Below are positions 1-8,551 of a stretch of 53,841 bases of DNA, piece by piece. The notes beneath the pieces were generated by a model, which searched no databases, was not told the origin of the DNA, and saw only the letters and a program-made list of their open reading frames with translations. Every line of letters starts with the position of its first letter. Position 1 is the first letter of the stretch. This stretch comes from Myxococcales bacterium (GTDB lineage Bacteria; Myxococcota_A; Polyangia; Polyangiales; SLQV01): assembly GCA_007124745.1 (NCBI GenBank), contig SLEO01000169.1, forward strand, positions 1 to 53,841, given 5' to 3'. A program made the position numbers and the translations under genes.

Positions 1-82
1 GCCCCCCCCAACGAAAATCACGTCCCAATGCTTGTTCATGACGTCTCCAGGATGCGCTCTCTCCCCGCATCCTTTTGCGCGC

Positions 83-276
83 AATCGTTCAGGGGGCGGA
101 TGTATACGCATACCCTCCCGCGCAAGTTTTCGGGAGCGAATCCCGCTCCGTTTTCCCAACGCAGGCCCTGCTCCGCCCCGACAATAGGGTGACCTAAAGC
201 TGCGCGCCCCCCCCTCGCTCTCTCTCAAAGGTCGGTAGACCTAGGGTGCCTCGGGGCATCCCTGAGCTGTCGATGA
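83..276 (+). repeat. Family-1 intergenic element, degenerate copy
   Basis: AATCGTTCAGGGGG at the 5' end; TTTTCGGGAGCGAATCCCGC, GCAGGCCCTGC and GACCTAAAGC blocks collinear with the copies at 4732-5077 and 52066-52233. Confidence 0.5.
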
Positions 277-317
277 CCGCCTCCCGCCTTGTCGCACCGG
301 ACAGAGGGTCGTAAGCT

Positions 318-1373
318 ATGGGCTCGGTGCCGGCAAAGGATGTGAACTCAGCGCTACGCGTGGATTGGCTAGTCTCGGTGGTGCTCCTTGTCGATGACGC
401 CAACGCAGGCGACGTGGCCACCTACGTAGCACAGCTGTCAGCTGAGCTTACACAGATTGCTCATCACCACGACCTTGTGATCGTTAGCAGCTGTCAACAA
501 GCCGCGAACCATGAACGCATTGACCGGATGCTAGAGTCCGTAGCGAACATCCAGGTTTATTCCCTCGCCTACCCCGTTAGCTTGTCGGTCGCGGCGATTG
601 CGGGGCTAGAGCGTACGGTCGGTGATATGTGTCTCGTCCTCGACCCGGCCTCTGACCCGATTGCGCTCGTGCCACGCTTACTCAGTGCCGCATCCAGCGG
701 TCACGACGTCGTCCATACGATGACAAACGATGCGCCGTTGCTGCAGCGCATCGGACGACGCCTTCGAGAGCGGGCCTTCACCTTCCTCACGGGTCATCGT
801 AAGCTTAGCGGTATCGCATTGCCACGCTTGCTCTCACGACGTGCCCTAAGCCTGTTTTTGGGACATCGCGACCGCTTCACGCTCTTCGACACACTGCCCG
901 CGCAAACCGGGCTCGTTACGGCGTCCATCTCGTACGAACCAACAGCTCCGCCGCGCTGGCCGGACTCCTCGTCCACCGCGCGGCGGCTCGGAACCCTCGT
1001 TGCGTCGTCTCGAAGACCGTTTCGGCTGATGTCAAGTCTCGCGCTACTGACAGCGCTGTTCAATATAGCTTACGCAGGCTACGTCTTGCTTGTGAGGTTT
1101 GTAAGGGATGATGTCGTCGAAGGGTGGAGTTCGCTTAGCCTCCAATCGGCGCTCATGTTTTTTCTCTTGTTCACGCTCATCGCAGCGTTGACCGAAGCCG
1201 TTGGGCACCTGGTTAGCCTCTTCCAAACCCAGGACCGGTATCACATCTTCAGGCAGCAGCACTCAGCCTTGCTCGAACAAGAACAGCAGCTCAACGTGAT
1301 GAGCGGTTCGCGGTATCTTAAGCGTCATAGCGACCCGATAGGGGAGTCCCTGAAAGAGCCCGATGGACTCTGA
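318..1373 (+). CDS. GtrB/ArnC-like family-2 glycosyltransferase homologue (polyprenyl-phosphate sugar transferase architecture) with divergent catalytic motifs
   Basis: 351-aa ORF. A GT-A-like N-terminal half (VSVVLLVDD..., AGLERTVGDMCLVLDPASDP) is followed by two C-terminal TM helices (LALLTALFNIAYAGYVLLV, LMFFLLFTLIAALTEAVG). This is the GtrB/ArnC layout. The positions where the family normally has DGS and DxD read SSC and DPA. Recognised by eye only. Confidence 0.5.
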   Translation: MGSVPAKDVNSALRVDWLVSVVLLVDDANAGDVATYVAQLSAELTQIAHHHDLVIVSSCQQAANHERIDRMLESVANIQVYSLAYPVSLSVAAIAGLERTVGDMCLVLDPASDPIALVPRLLSAASSGHDVVHTMTNDAPLLQRIGRRLRERAFTFLTGHRKLSGIALPRLLSRRALSLFLGHRDRFTLFDTLPAQTGLVTASISYEPTAPPRWPDSSSTARRLGTLVASSRRPFRLMSSLALLTALFNIAYAGYVLLVRFVRDDVVEGWSSLSLQSALMFFLLFTLIAALTEAVGHLVSLFQTQDRYHIFRQQHSALLEQEQQLNVMSGSRYLKRHSDPIGESLKEPDGL

Positions 1374-1423
1374 TCGATCCCCTCATGAACTCGAGACGCA
1401 GAAAGCCGCGGGCAAATGGGCCT
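1370..1423 (+). repeat. Family-2 element, left-arm-only copy
   Basis: 1375-1423 matches 4762-4810 at 48/49 positions (CGATCCCCTCATGAACTCGAGACGCAGAAAGCCGCGGG-AAATGGGCCT). It begins at the TGA stop of the 318..1373 gene. Confidence 0.75.
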
Positions 1424-1477
1424 ACCCAAACCTGATGCGCTTTCCGCAAAACACAGCATGCGGGAGAAGCGCATCGC

Positions 1478-2608
1478 CTAACGAGCGTTCGCAAGCCAGA
1501 GCTTGAGTATCCCGGAAACACTTTCGACCTGCGCCTCAGACATGCCTGGGAAGATGGGTAGAGAAAGCATGCGTGCCGCCTTCTGCTCGGCCACTGGAAA
1601 ATCGCCCGAACCGTAGCCCAAGTGGCGAAACGCTCCCTGCAGATGCACCGGGACTGGGTAGTGCACTGAAACGCCAACACCCTCAGCATGCATGTGACGC
1701 ATGCAGGCATCGCGGTCGCAATCAGCGGGCAAAGTAACGACGTAAAGATGCCAAACATGATGATTGTTCGGCGCAACCGAGGGCAGCTCTAAATCGGGAA
1801 TGTCTGACAAAAGCCTGGTGTACTGCGCGGCAACCCGCGCTCGCCACGCGTTCCACTCTCCCAGATATGCAAGTTTCTCCGAAAGGACGCGCGCCTGAAA
1901 CTCATCGAGTCGCGAATTGAACCCGAGTTCTGGATGGTGGTAGCGCACTTCGCTTCCATAGTTTCGAAGCGCCCGAATCTTGCGCGCGGTGTCGTCTGAT
2001 CGACAAAGAACCGCCCCGGCATCACCCAGCGCGCCCAAATTCTTCCCAGGATAAAAACTGGTGCCGGCGGCTTCTCCTACCGTTCCTGCATGCAGCCGCT
2101 CGCCCATTAAGTCTTGCGTGGCACCCTGGGCCTGCGCGGCGTCTTCGAGCAAGGTTAGCCCATGCTCGCTGCACAGTTGTCGAAGCGGAGCCATGGGCGC
2201 CATCTGCCCATATAGGTGGACCGCAATAATCGCACGAGTCTTCGGCGAAATGAGCGAAGGAATCAGCTCCGGGTCCACCAGGTGGTAACGCGCGTCACAG
2301 TCGACGAGAATAGGCTTTGCGCCCACGCGCTCAACGGCTAGCGCGGTGGCGACGAAAGTATTCGCCGGGACAACAACTTCGTCTCCAGTTCCGACGCCCG
2401 TGGCCCGCAACGCGAGTTCAACCGCATCCGTTCCATTCGCCACGCCGACGCAATGACCAGCTCCCAGAAACTGGGCATACCGCGCTTCAAATTCCGAAAC
2501 GCCGGGACCGAGGATATATTGGCTTGTCGCTATCGTTGAGCGCAAATGCCGTGCGAACAGCTCTGCGAGGGGCTCGTTTTGCCAAGCGAGGTCAACAAGA
2601 GGAATCAT
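1478..2608 (-). CDS. DegT/DnrJ/EryC1/StrS-family PLP-dependent sugar aminotransferase
   Basis: ORF 1478..2641, trimmed to M12 (MIPLVDL...) with GGAG about 8 nt upstream. Family hallmarks are present: GPGVSEFE, GVANGTDAVELAL and SFYPGKNLGALGDAG (PLP-lysine context). Confidence 0.9.
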   Translation of the reverse strand: MIPLVDLAWQNEPLAELFARHLRSTIATSQYILGPGVSEFEARYAQFLGAGHCVGVANGTDAVELALRATGVGTGDEVVVPANTFVATALAVERVGAKPILVDCDARYHLVDPELIPSLISPKTRAIIAVHLYGQMAPMAPLRQLCSEHGLTLLEDAAQAQGATQDLMGERLHAGTVGEAAGTSFYPGKNLGALGDAGAVLCRSDDTARKIRALRNYGSEVRYHHPELGFNSRLDEFQARVLSEKLAYLGEWNAWRARVAAQYTRLLSDIPDLELPSVAPNNHHVWHLYVVTLPADCDRDACMRHMHAEGVGVSVHYPVPVHLQGAFRHLGYGSGDFPVAEQKAARMLSLPIFPGMSEAQVESVSGILKLWLANAR

Positions 2609-2892
2609 GAGAGGTACTCCGAAGCTACGGGATGTGGACACGTCGAAGACGTTTCGCCCGAAGCTTGCAAATCTTCACTAACGACGCACGTGCTCCGTGA
2701 CGCGGCCCCGCGGATCCTTCGACGAAGCGCTGACTCAGCGGAAGCATTCACAATCAACAACACTACGGCACCCAAAACGAGGTCGCATGTGTGCTGACGC
2801 GGAAGCTGCCACGGACACGATTCCCGCGCGACCGCCTGCAGAGTTACCGCGCTTTCGTCAACACCGCCAAGTACCTGACAGCCAGAAGCGAG

Positions 2893-3064
2893 GTGCCCGT
2901 TAAGGGAGGGCACTTTACAAGTCGGCCCACGCGTTTTCGCGAGTACATCCCGCAGGCCCTTCCCCACCCTGCCTCTAGCTGACCTAACGTTGTGCGTTGG
3001 CCCAGGGCGCCCGCTTGCGCTCGCCCGCAAGGGTTTCGCCTCCTCCGCCTCCTGAACGCTTACA
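2893..3064 (+). repeat. Family-1 intergenic element, degenerate copy
   Basis: GCCCGTTAAGGGAGGGCACTTTACAAGTCGGCCC ... GAGTACATCCCGCAGGCCCTTCCCC ... GACCTAA ... GGCCCAGGGCGCCCGCTTGC ... CCTCCTGAACGCTTACA is collinear with 52066-52233. Confidence 0.5.
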
Positions 3065-3142
3065 TCAGCACAGGCGCTTTTCCTCATAGGGCGTGTCGCA
3101 CGCCTTCAGCCGGCGGATTTACCTGCTACGTTTTCGCCGCCT

Positions 3143-4663
3143 ATGTTCGAATCACTGGCCACGGGTGTCTTGAAGGCACTATCAACAACGAAGTCCGCGA
3201 TGGAGCGTCGGTGCGCGGCTGAAGAGGACTCCACTTCTGGGCTGGCGGGCGCCGACGACCGGCTCGGACTCCGTCTGAGCTGGCTACTGCTAGGGCTCGT
3301 CGTCGCAGTGACCATCATTGTCGTTGTCTCACTTTTTTCCAAAGCCGGGTGGATCAATGGCCCCCCGTGGTGGAAGTGGGGTTACCGGGGCCGAGACTGG
3401 CGCATTCCGCTTGTAGCGATGCTTGGCGCCACGTTGCCGTTACTTTATCTGGTACTCGGGCAACTTCGGGCGCGGGGCTTGACCGACAGCGGGGCCTTAC
3501 CGCACCGCCTGCCCCCACGCATCGACACGGCACTAAGGCTGGCAGGTCTCGGCGCTGCGCTCTTTGCTTTCCAGATCATCGCCATTGCACTCGATACCTA
3601 CGGTTTGGAGCGACTCACCAAGATCATCACGTCGGCGTGGTGCACGAGCTACTATACCGACGCACTAACTATCGATGCGCTGCGGGATTATCTCGGGTCC
3701 TACGCAACGCAGGAGCGTAGCCTCCACTCGATTACGCATCCCCCCGGAGCCATCATCTACTACTGGGTATTCACGCGCATCTTCACGGGAGATTTCGCAG
3801 CGTTGTTCGGCGGGCTGACCCTGGCGGCCATCGTGTCATTGGGACCCGCAGTGGTGTACTGGACGTCGTCTCTATGGACCACCGTGCGGCAGGAACGTCT
3901 GCTGGCCGCTGCCTTTTTCGCATTGCTTCCCGTACACGCCGCACTCTTCCCTCAGTTCGACCAGGTCTATCCCATCTTCGCGCTGCTTATGGTGTATGGC
4001 TTTTCGAAATCGTTGCGGGGCCCCATCGGTTGGTGCGTCTTCTTCGGAGGCGCTCTAAGTTTGTCTTTACTGTTCGCCTACAACCTGTTTGTCATGGGCG
4101 CCTTCATGGTGCTTGACGCGGTGGTGTTCGTATTCTCCGGCGGCAGCGAGCGCTCTGCGCGTGCACGGCGCGTGGTGGGGCGCGCACTTGTTTCTTTGTT
4201 TTGCTGGGTAGCCATCACTGCGGCGGTTTCAGTGGCGCTCAACCACAATCCTATCGCGAGCTTCGAGCAGTCCTTCCGCTGGCAGGCAGCGGCGTCTCAC
4301 AATATGGGTCGACCCTGGCTTCCGTCGCTGTTCTACGATCCCTTAGACTTCTTCTTCGGATCTGGTTTGATCACGCTTCCGATTCTTGCCTTTTTCTTTG
4401 TGCGTCGATCCATGCGAGTTCCCGTAACGCGGGAAACGCATTGGATGACCTGGTGTGGCCTAGGAACCATTGCCATCGTTGCGCTGACGGGTCTTTTGCG
4501 TACGGAAACGGCTAGGGTGTGGCTCTTCCTGCAACCGCTGGTGCTCATCCCTACAGCCATTGCGCTGCATCGACAGCGTATTGCGTTCACGTCGCTCGCG
4601 CTCGTCTGCCTCTGGCTCGTGGCCTGCGTCATGAAAGCATCCCTCTGGTTTGTCGGCGTTTAA
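3143..4663 (+). CDS. Polytopic membrane protein, GT-C type (PMT/ArnT-like, GT39/83-like) glycosyltransferase candidate
   Basis: 506-aa ORF with more than 10 hydrophobic helices. It has an HPPG motif (SITHPPGAIIYYW) resembling the HPPLGK loop of PMT/ArnT-type enzymes. It sits beside DegT, GT2 and acetyltransferase genes. The start is uncertain (MFES... or the internal MERR...). Confidence 0.6.
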   Translation: MFESLATGVLKALSTTKSAMERRCAAEEDSTSGLAGADDRLGLRLSWLLLGLVVAVTIIVVVSLFSKAGWINGPPWWKWGYRGRDWRIPLVAMLGATLPLLYLVLGQLRARGLTDSGALPHRLPPRIDTALRLAGLGAALFAFQIIAIALDTYGLERLTKIITSAWCTSYYTDALTIDALRDYLGSYATQERSLHSITHPPGAIIYYWVFTRIFTGDFAALFGGLTLAAIVSLGPAVVYWTSSLWTTVRQERLLAAAFFALLPVHAALFPQFDQVYPIFALLMVYGFSKSLRGPIGWCVFFGGALSLSLLFAYNLFVMGAFMVLDAVVFVFSGGSERSARARRVVGRALVSLFCWVAITAAVSVALNHNPIASFEQSFRWQAAASHNMGRPWLPSLFYDPLDFFFGSGLITLPILAFFFVRRSMRVPVTRETHWMTWCGLGTIAIVALTGLLRTETARVWLFLQPLVLIPTAIALHRQRIAFTSLALVCLWLVACVMKASLWFVGV

Positions 4664-4731
4664 CGCGGCTACTCGTTTCCCGCACGCGGAAGTTGCGAGG
4701 CGCAGTGACATCGAATACGCATGCTAGCCAA

Positions 4732-5077
4732 CGTAACCGTTCCGGGGGCATTTTACCTGAGCGATCCCCTCATGAACTCGAGACGCAGAAAGCCGCGGGG
4801 AAATGGGCCTGGAGTAAGTATGGTGGGGTTAGGTGGGTCCGCGCACGGAAGGCCCATTTCGCCCCGGTTTTCGTCCCCCAGGCTCACCCTGGGGATGGCT
4901 CAGGCATTTTACAAAATGCCCCCGGGTTTTCGGGAGTGAATCCCCCTCTGCTGGTCGGAGCAGGCCCTCCCCCACTCTGCCTTCAAGGTTGCCTAAAGCC
5001 GGCAAGTGGGGCCCCAGCGCCCACTCGCCTTGTTCTCGCAGCGTTTTCGCCATCTAGCCCCCCCCTTGACGCCTGCG
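4732..5077 (+). repeat. Family-1 intergenic element, full length, interrupted by a family-2 element
   Basis: 5' TIR CGTAACCGTTCCGGGGG (4732-4748). The hairpin is split at 4755/4905. The core 4903-5025 is about 95% identical by eye to the reverse complement of 7141-7262. The 3' end is CCCCCTTGACGCCTGCG. Confidence 0.85.
4756..4904. mobile_element. Family-2 foldback MITE-like element (149 bp) with 14-bp TIRs and a 7-bp target-site duplication
   Basis: TIRs are CCTGAGCGATCCCC (4756-4769) and GGGGATGGCTCAGG (4891-4904), a 13/14 inverted match. Internal inverted GAAATGGGCCT / AGGCCCATTTC arms are present. CATTTTA occurs at 4749-4755 and again at 4905-4911. Confidence 0.78.
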
Positions 5078-5136
5078 ACGCGTGCCTCACCTCAAGCAAC
5101 GCCTGTTAACGTTCGACCATGCCGCCATATGCGCGG

Positions 5137-6702
5137 TCAGCGAAACATGGTGAACCCTAGCGCTGTCCCCGTGGTCACAAACACCCCCAAGGCCGCCAGA
5201 GGCACCGCTATCGCCAGACCCACCCAAGCGCTCACCGAGCGCTGCTTGGGCGCGAGATTGAACCAGCCCTCGGCGAGCGTGACGAAGGCAAAGAACCCAA
5301 AAAGGAAGAACGCGGGCTGAATATCCCCGAGATATCTCCGGCTCATCATCGTCACTGTGAAAAGCGGGTACGCAGCAACGAGTGTCGCGACGAGTACTGG
5401 CGCCAAGACGTAGGCCATTCGGCGTCGCCGGAAGAGCGCACACAGCCACAAACCTAGACCAAGCAGGCCGCTAAAGACCCACAGGGGTGCCGCCCAAAGG
5501 GGTGACACCGAAGACTCGGCGTGTTGAATAAAGTATCGCTTCGCAAAGGCTTTGTGCGCGTTAAGGGGCTCTGCCTGCGCTACAAATGGGAACTCATCCG
5601 TCCAAACGATGGCGTTCGGGGAAAAGTACGCGCGTATCGCGGGCAACAAGTTCTCCGGCAGCGTCTGCCGTCCTTTCGATAGCTTCATCCGCTCTTCGCT
5701 GTTCGCGACCATCGGGTACCGGGAGTAGTTCGCTACGCCAAGTGCGTTGCCGTGCAGAGCAAGGTTGCGCTTTCCCGTGAATGTCATGCCGAGCGCGAGG
5801 CCGAGGGCGAGCACAATGCTTGACGCGATAAACACGCGGCGCTGTTCACCAAGCACGCCGCCTGAGGATGGCGCACTCAAGGTCGGAACCTGTTCTACTT
5901 CAGCCCGTCTGGACGTGGGCGAGCGAAACAATCCCCTGGCATCAAGAAACCGCAAAACGACCCACCAGAAGGGTAGCAGTAGCGCGACAAGCATCAATGG
6001 GATGCCGAAAGTGGGACGCCCCTGAATCGATAAAAATGCCGCGACAGCGAGGCCAAGGCTCCATCCGAGCCTGGGTCGCTCAAGCCAGCGCAGCGCACAG
6101 AAGCAGCCCACCATGAAGAAAGCAAGACCAGCGAGAATGGATTCATGATGGATTACAGGGACTCGAGCGAGAAAGAACAGTTCACTTCCGAAGGCCGTGA
6201 GCACGGCAAGTCCGACATGCACTTCCGTGGGGGCGGAGCGTCCGAGACCGGCAACTTGCGGCCGGAAACGAGCGAACTCGTGCCAAAGCAGCAAACCAAA
6301 GAAGACGGTGACTAGCAGGTGCGCGAGATTGATCCACGGCGACCATCGCTCACGCATGTTGGGGAAAAGCAGGTTCAGTACGAGCCGTTCAAGCGCCGGG
6401 GTCACACCAAAATAGAGATAACGGCGACCTTCGGAGTCTCTGATAGCCTCGCCCCCAACGACATGTTCGGGCAGGTCAAAGCGACCCTTGAGAAGTTGCT
6501 CGCCCATGACCGTGAAGCCGAGCCTGTTCTCGCTGTAGCGAGGAAAGCCCCAGTCAAAAGCGGTTAGACCCGCACAAATGACCACAAACCCCGCCAACAC
6601 AAGACTGATGTTGCGACGCGCCAGACCCGCTCTAGAGTCTGCAGATGTGCCTCGGGCTTCATCAATAAGGGCACAACTTTGCTCGCTTTTCGAGAACATC
6701 AA
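5137..6702 (-). CDS. Polytopic membrane protein, putative GT-C type glycosyltransferase
   Basis: 521-aa ORF with many TM helices and a large loop after TM1. The function is inferred mainly from context in the glycan cluster. It is the only minus-strand gene between 3143 and 8548 and is bracketed by inverted repeat copies. Confidence 0.55.
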   Translation of the reverse strand: MMFSKSEQSCALIDEARGTSADSRAGLARRNISLVLAGFVVICAGLTAFDWGFPRYSENRLGFTVMGEQLLKGRFDLPEHVVGGEAIRDSEGRRYLYFGVTPALERLVLNLLFPNMRERWSPWINLAHLLVTVFFGLLLWHEFARFRPQVAGLGRSAPTEVHVGLAVLTAFGSELFFLARVPVIHHESILAGLAFFMVGCFCALRWLERPRLGWSLGLAVAAFLSIQGRPTFGIPLMLVALLLPFWWVVLRFLDARGLFRSPTSRRAEVEQVPTLSAPSSGGVLGEQRRVFIASSIVLALGLALGMTFTGKRNLALHGNALGVANYSRYPMVANSEERMKLSKGRQTLPENLLPAIRAYFSPNAIVWTDEFPFVAQAEPLNAHKAFAKRYFIQHAESSVSPLWAAPLWVFSGLLGLGLWLCALFRRRRMAYVLAPVLVATLVAAYPLFTVTMMSRRYLGDIQPAFFLFGFFAFVTLAEGWFNLAPKQRSVSAWVGLAIAVPLAALGVFVTTGTALGFTMFR

Positions 6703-7091
6703 TGACGATGGCCTAGCGCAGGCACACCAAGGTGGCTACCGCCCAGAGGCACCCTCCGGCGCCTTCGGTCAAGCGCATGCCCGATCGGTTAAGCGAGCTG
6801 CGTGTTCGGTTGAGGGTCTGTGCTCGAGCGCCCGCAGCCTAAAACCGCAGCGAACCTAAGGAATGCGCGGGATGTTTGGCGAGGACCCACGGCCGGCTCA
6901 GGCCCTTCACCGGACACGCATGGGTCAAGCGGTACCCGAACCATGGCTTGCACGCTGGGTGGCGACGCCCTCCGGCTTCGCCAGGTGGCGGCCGCCAACC
7001 AACACAGCGCCGGCTGGCAACTCCAGACCGTAACACTCGCTAGATTCGTGTATGCTGCGAGTGCGACCCGTGGTAACGAGCGCCGCGACGA

Positions 7092-7280
7092 GCGAGCGTT
7101 CAAGGTGTTCAGATAGCGAACACGCTGCGGGAAAAAGCACGTGGGCGCTGGGGCCCCGCTTGCCGGCTTTAGGCCACCTTGAAGGCAGAGTGAGGGAGGG
7201 CCTGCTCCGACCAGCAGAGCGGGATTCACTCCCGAAAACCCGAGGGCATTTTGCTAAAATGCCCCTCGAACGGCTACCCG
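7092..7280 (-). repeat. Family-1 intergenic element, full length, inverted orientation
   Basis: Read on the reverse strand it is collinear with 4732-5077 minus the nested insert. The hairpin GAGGGCATTTTGCTAAAATGCCCCTC lies at 7242-7267 and the terminal CGAACGGCTACCC at 7268-7280. Confidence 0.85.
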
Positions 7281-7306
7281 TACCCTGTCACTTGAGGAAG
7301 AGGCGC

Positions 7307-7804
7307 ATGGAAAAATATTTATGTATCGCGGACGACGTCAAGCTTGGGCGGGGGGTGTGGCTCGCGCAGTTCATCAACCTCTATGGCTGTGAGATAGGTG
7401 CTGACACGCGAATCGGAGCGTTCGTCGAAATCCAGAAAGGGAGCAAGGTGGGCGCGCGTTGCAAGGTGTCGAGCCACACGTTCATTTGTGAAGGCGTGAC
7501 CCTTGAGGATGAGGTCTTCGTCGGGCACGGGGTAATGTTTACCAACGACAAAGCCCCCAGGGCGGTCAATCCAGACGGGACCCTACAACGGGACGGGGAC
7601 TGGAGTTTGATTAAGACCCGGGTTTGCCGGGGCGTCTCGATCGGGTCGGGTGCCGTCATTGTGTGTGGAGTGACCATCGGCGAAGGTGCTCTCATCGGTG
7701 CAGGAGCCGTCGTGACCCGGGACGTAGCAGCGGGAGCAACCGTTGTAGGCATTCCCGCACGCCAGCTAGAGCGCGGCTTTGCGCACGAGAGGCAAGAGAG
7801 CTAG
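7307..7804 (+). CDS. Left-handed beta-helix (hexapeptide) sugar N-acetyltransferase, WxcM/FdtC/QdtC-like
   Basis: The track ORF 7052..7804 has an N-terminus built from repeat sequence. I trimmed it to the ATG at 7307 (MEKYLCIADDVKLG...), which has GAGGAAGAGG upstream. Imperfect hexapeptide repeats are visible (IGADTRIGAFVEI, VSIGSGAVIVCGVTIGEGALIGAGAVV). Confidence 0.85.
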   Translation: MEKYLCIADDVKLGRGVWLAQFINLYGCEIGADTRIGAFVEIQKGSKVGARCKVSSHTFICEGVTLEDEVFVGHGVMFTNDKAPRAVNPDGTLQRDGDWSLIKTRVCRGVSIGSGAVIVCGVTIGEGALIGAGAVVTRDVAAGATVVGIPARQLERGFAHERQES

Positions 7805-7813
7805 CCCCCTTGG

Positions 7814-8548
7814 ATGCGAGCGTTCCTGGCGATCCCAGTCTTTGACCAAGTGAAGCAGCTGCGTGCACTGCTTCCGAAGCTTGACGCAGCAAGGGCGCAC
7901 GTTGAAACCGTGCTCTTCATTGATGACGGCTCAACCGATGGGTCGGAAAAGCTTTTGGCTCATGGCAGCGATCCGGTGTTGACGCAGCCAGGGAATATGG
8001 GTCTCGGCGCTGCTCTCGCGCGCGCGGCACGGTGGGGTCTCACACAAGGCTTTGACGTCATGGCCATCATGGCATCGAATGGCAAGATGCAGCCCGACGA
8101 ACTGGGGCGCGTCTTGGGACCGGTCATTAGGGACGAAGCAGACTTTGTGACCGGCAGCCGCTTCATCCCTGGTGGGCAATCACCAAACCTGCCTACGTTC
8201 CGAAAAACTGTGATCCCCATGGGATCCGCGGTCGTGTCTCGCTGTTTCGGTCAGAGAATCACTGATATTACCTGCGGCTACCGCGCTTTCCGCCTCAATA
8301 TTCTTGAGCGCGCCAACTTCGATTGGGAGTCGCCCTGGATGCGCCGCTACGGCTTTGAGCAATACCTCTACGCAAAGGTCCTGATGGAACCGACACTACG
8401 AGCAGTAGAGGCACCTGTAACCATGGCCTATCCGACCCGCGGCCCGTACTCCAAAATCCCACCACTTGTCGGCTGGATAGATATTGCAACGCCGTGGCTA
8501 CGTGCCGCCTTCGATGGCAAAGGATTCGAGGACGTAACCAAGCCCTAG
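7814..8548 (+). CDS. Family-2 glycosyltransferase (dolichyl/polyprenyl-phosphate sugar synthase-like, soluble)
   Basis: 244 aa. LAIPVFDQ...VLFIDDGSTDGS is the classic GT2 N-terminal motif. The start lies 9 nt after the acetyltransferase stop, so co-transcription is likely. Confidence 0.8.
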   Translation: MRAFLAIPVFDQVKQLRALLPKLDAARAHVETVLFIDDGSTDGSEKLLAHGSDPVLTQPGNMGLGAALARAARWGLTQGFDVMAIMASNGKMQPDELGRVLGPVIRDEADFVTGSRFIPGGQSPNLPTFRKTVIPMGSAVVSRCFGQRITDITCGYRAFRLNILERANFDWESPWMRRYGFEQYLYAKVLMEPTLRAVEAPVTMAYPTRGPYSKIPPLVGWIDIATPWLRAAFDGKGFEDVTKP

Positions 8549-8551
8549 GAT

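Noticed and set aside
4519-5109. Track ORFs 4519..5109, 4721..4939, 4829..5053, 4833..5057 and 5006..5320 in the 3143..4663 / 5137..6702 spacer
   Set aside because: They are translated straight through the family-1 and family-2 repeat sequence. The same 'peptides' recur wherever the repeat occurs, in either orientation. There is no RBS or domain signal, so they are not coding.
7052-7306. N-terminal 85 codons of track ORF 7052..7804
   Set aside because: This part overlaps the inverted family-1 repeat (7092-7280). The acetyltransferase homology and a good SD begin at the ATG at 7307.
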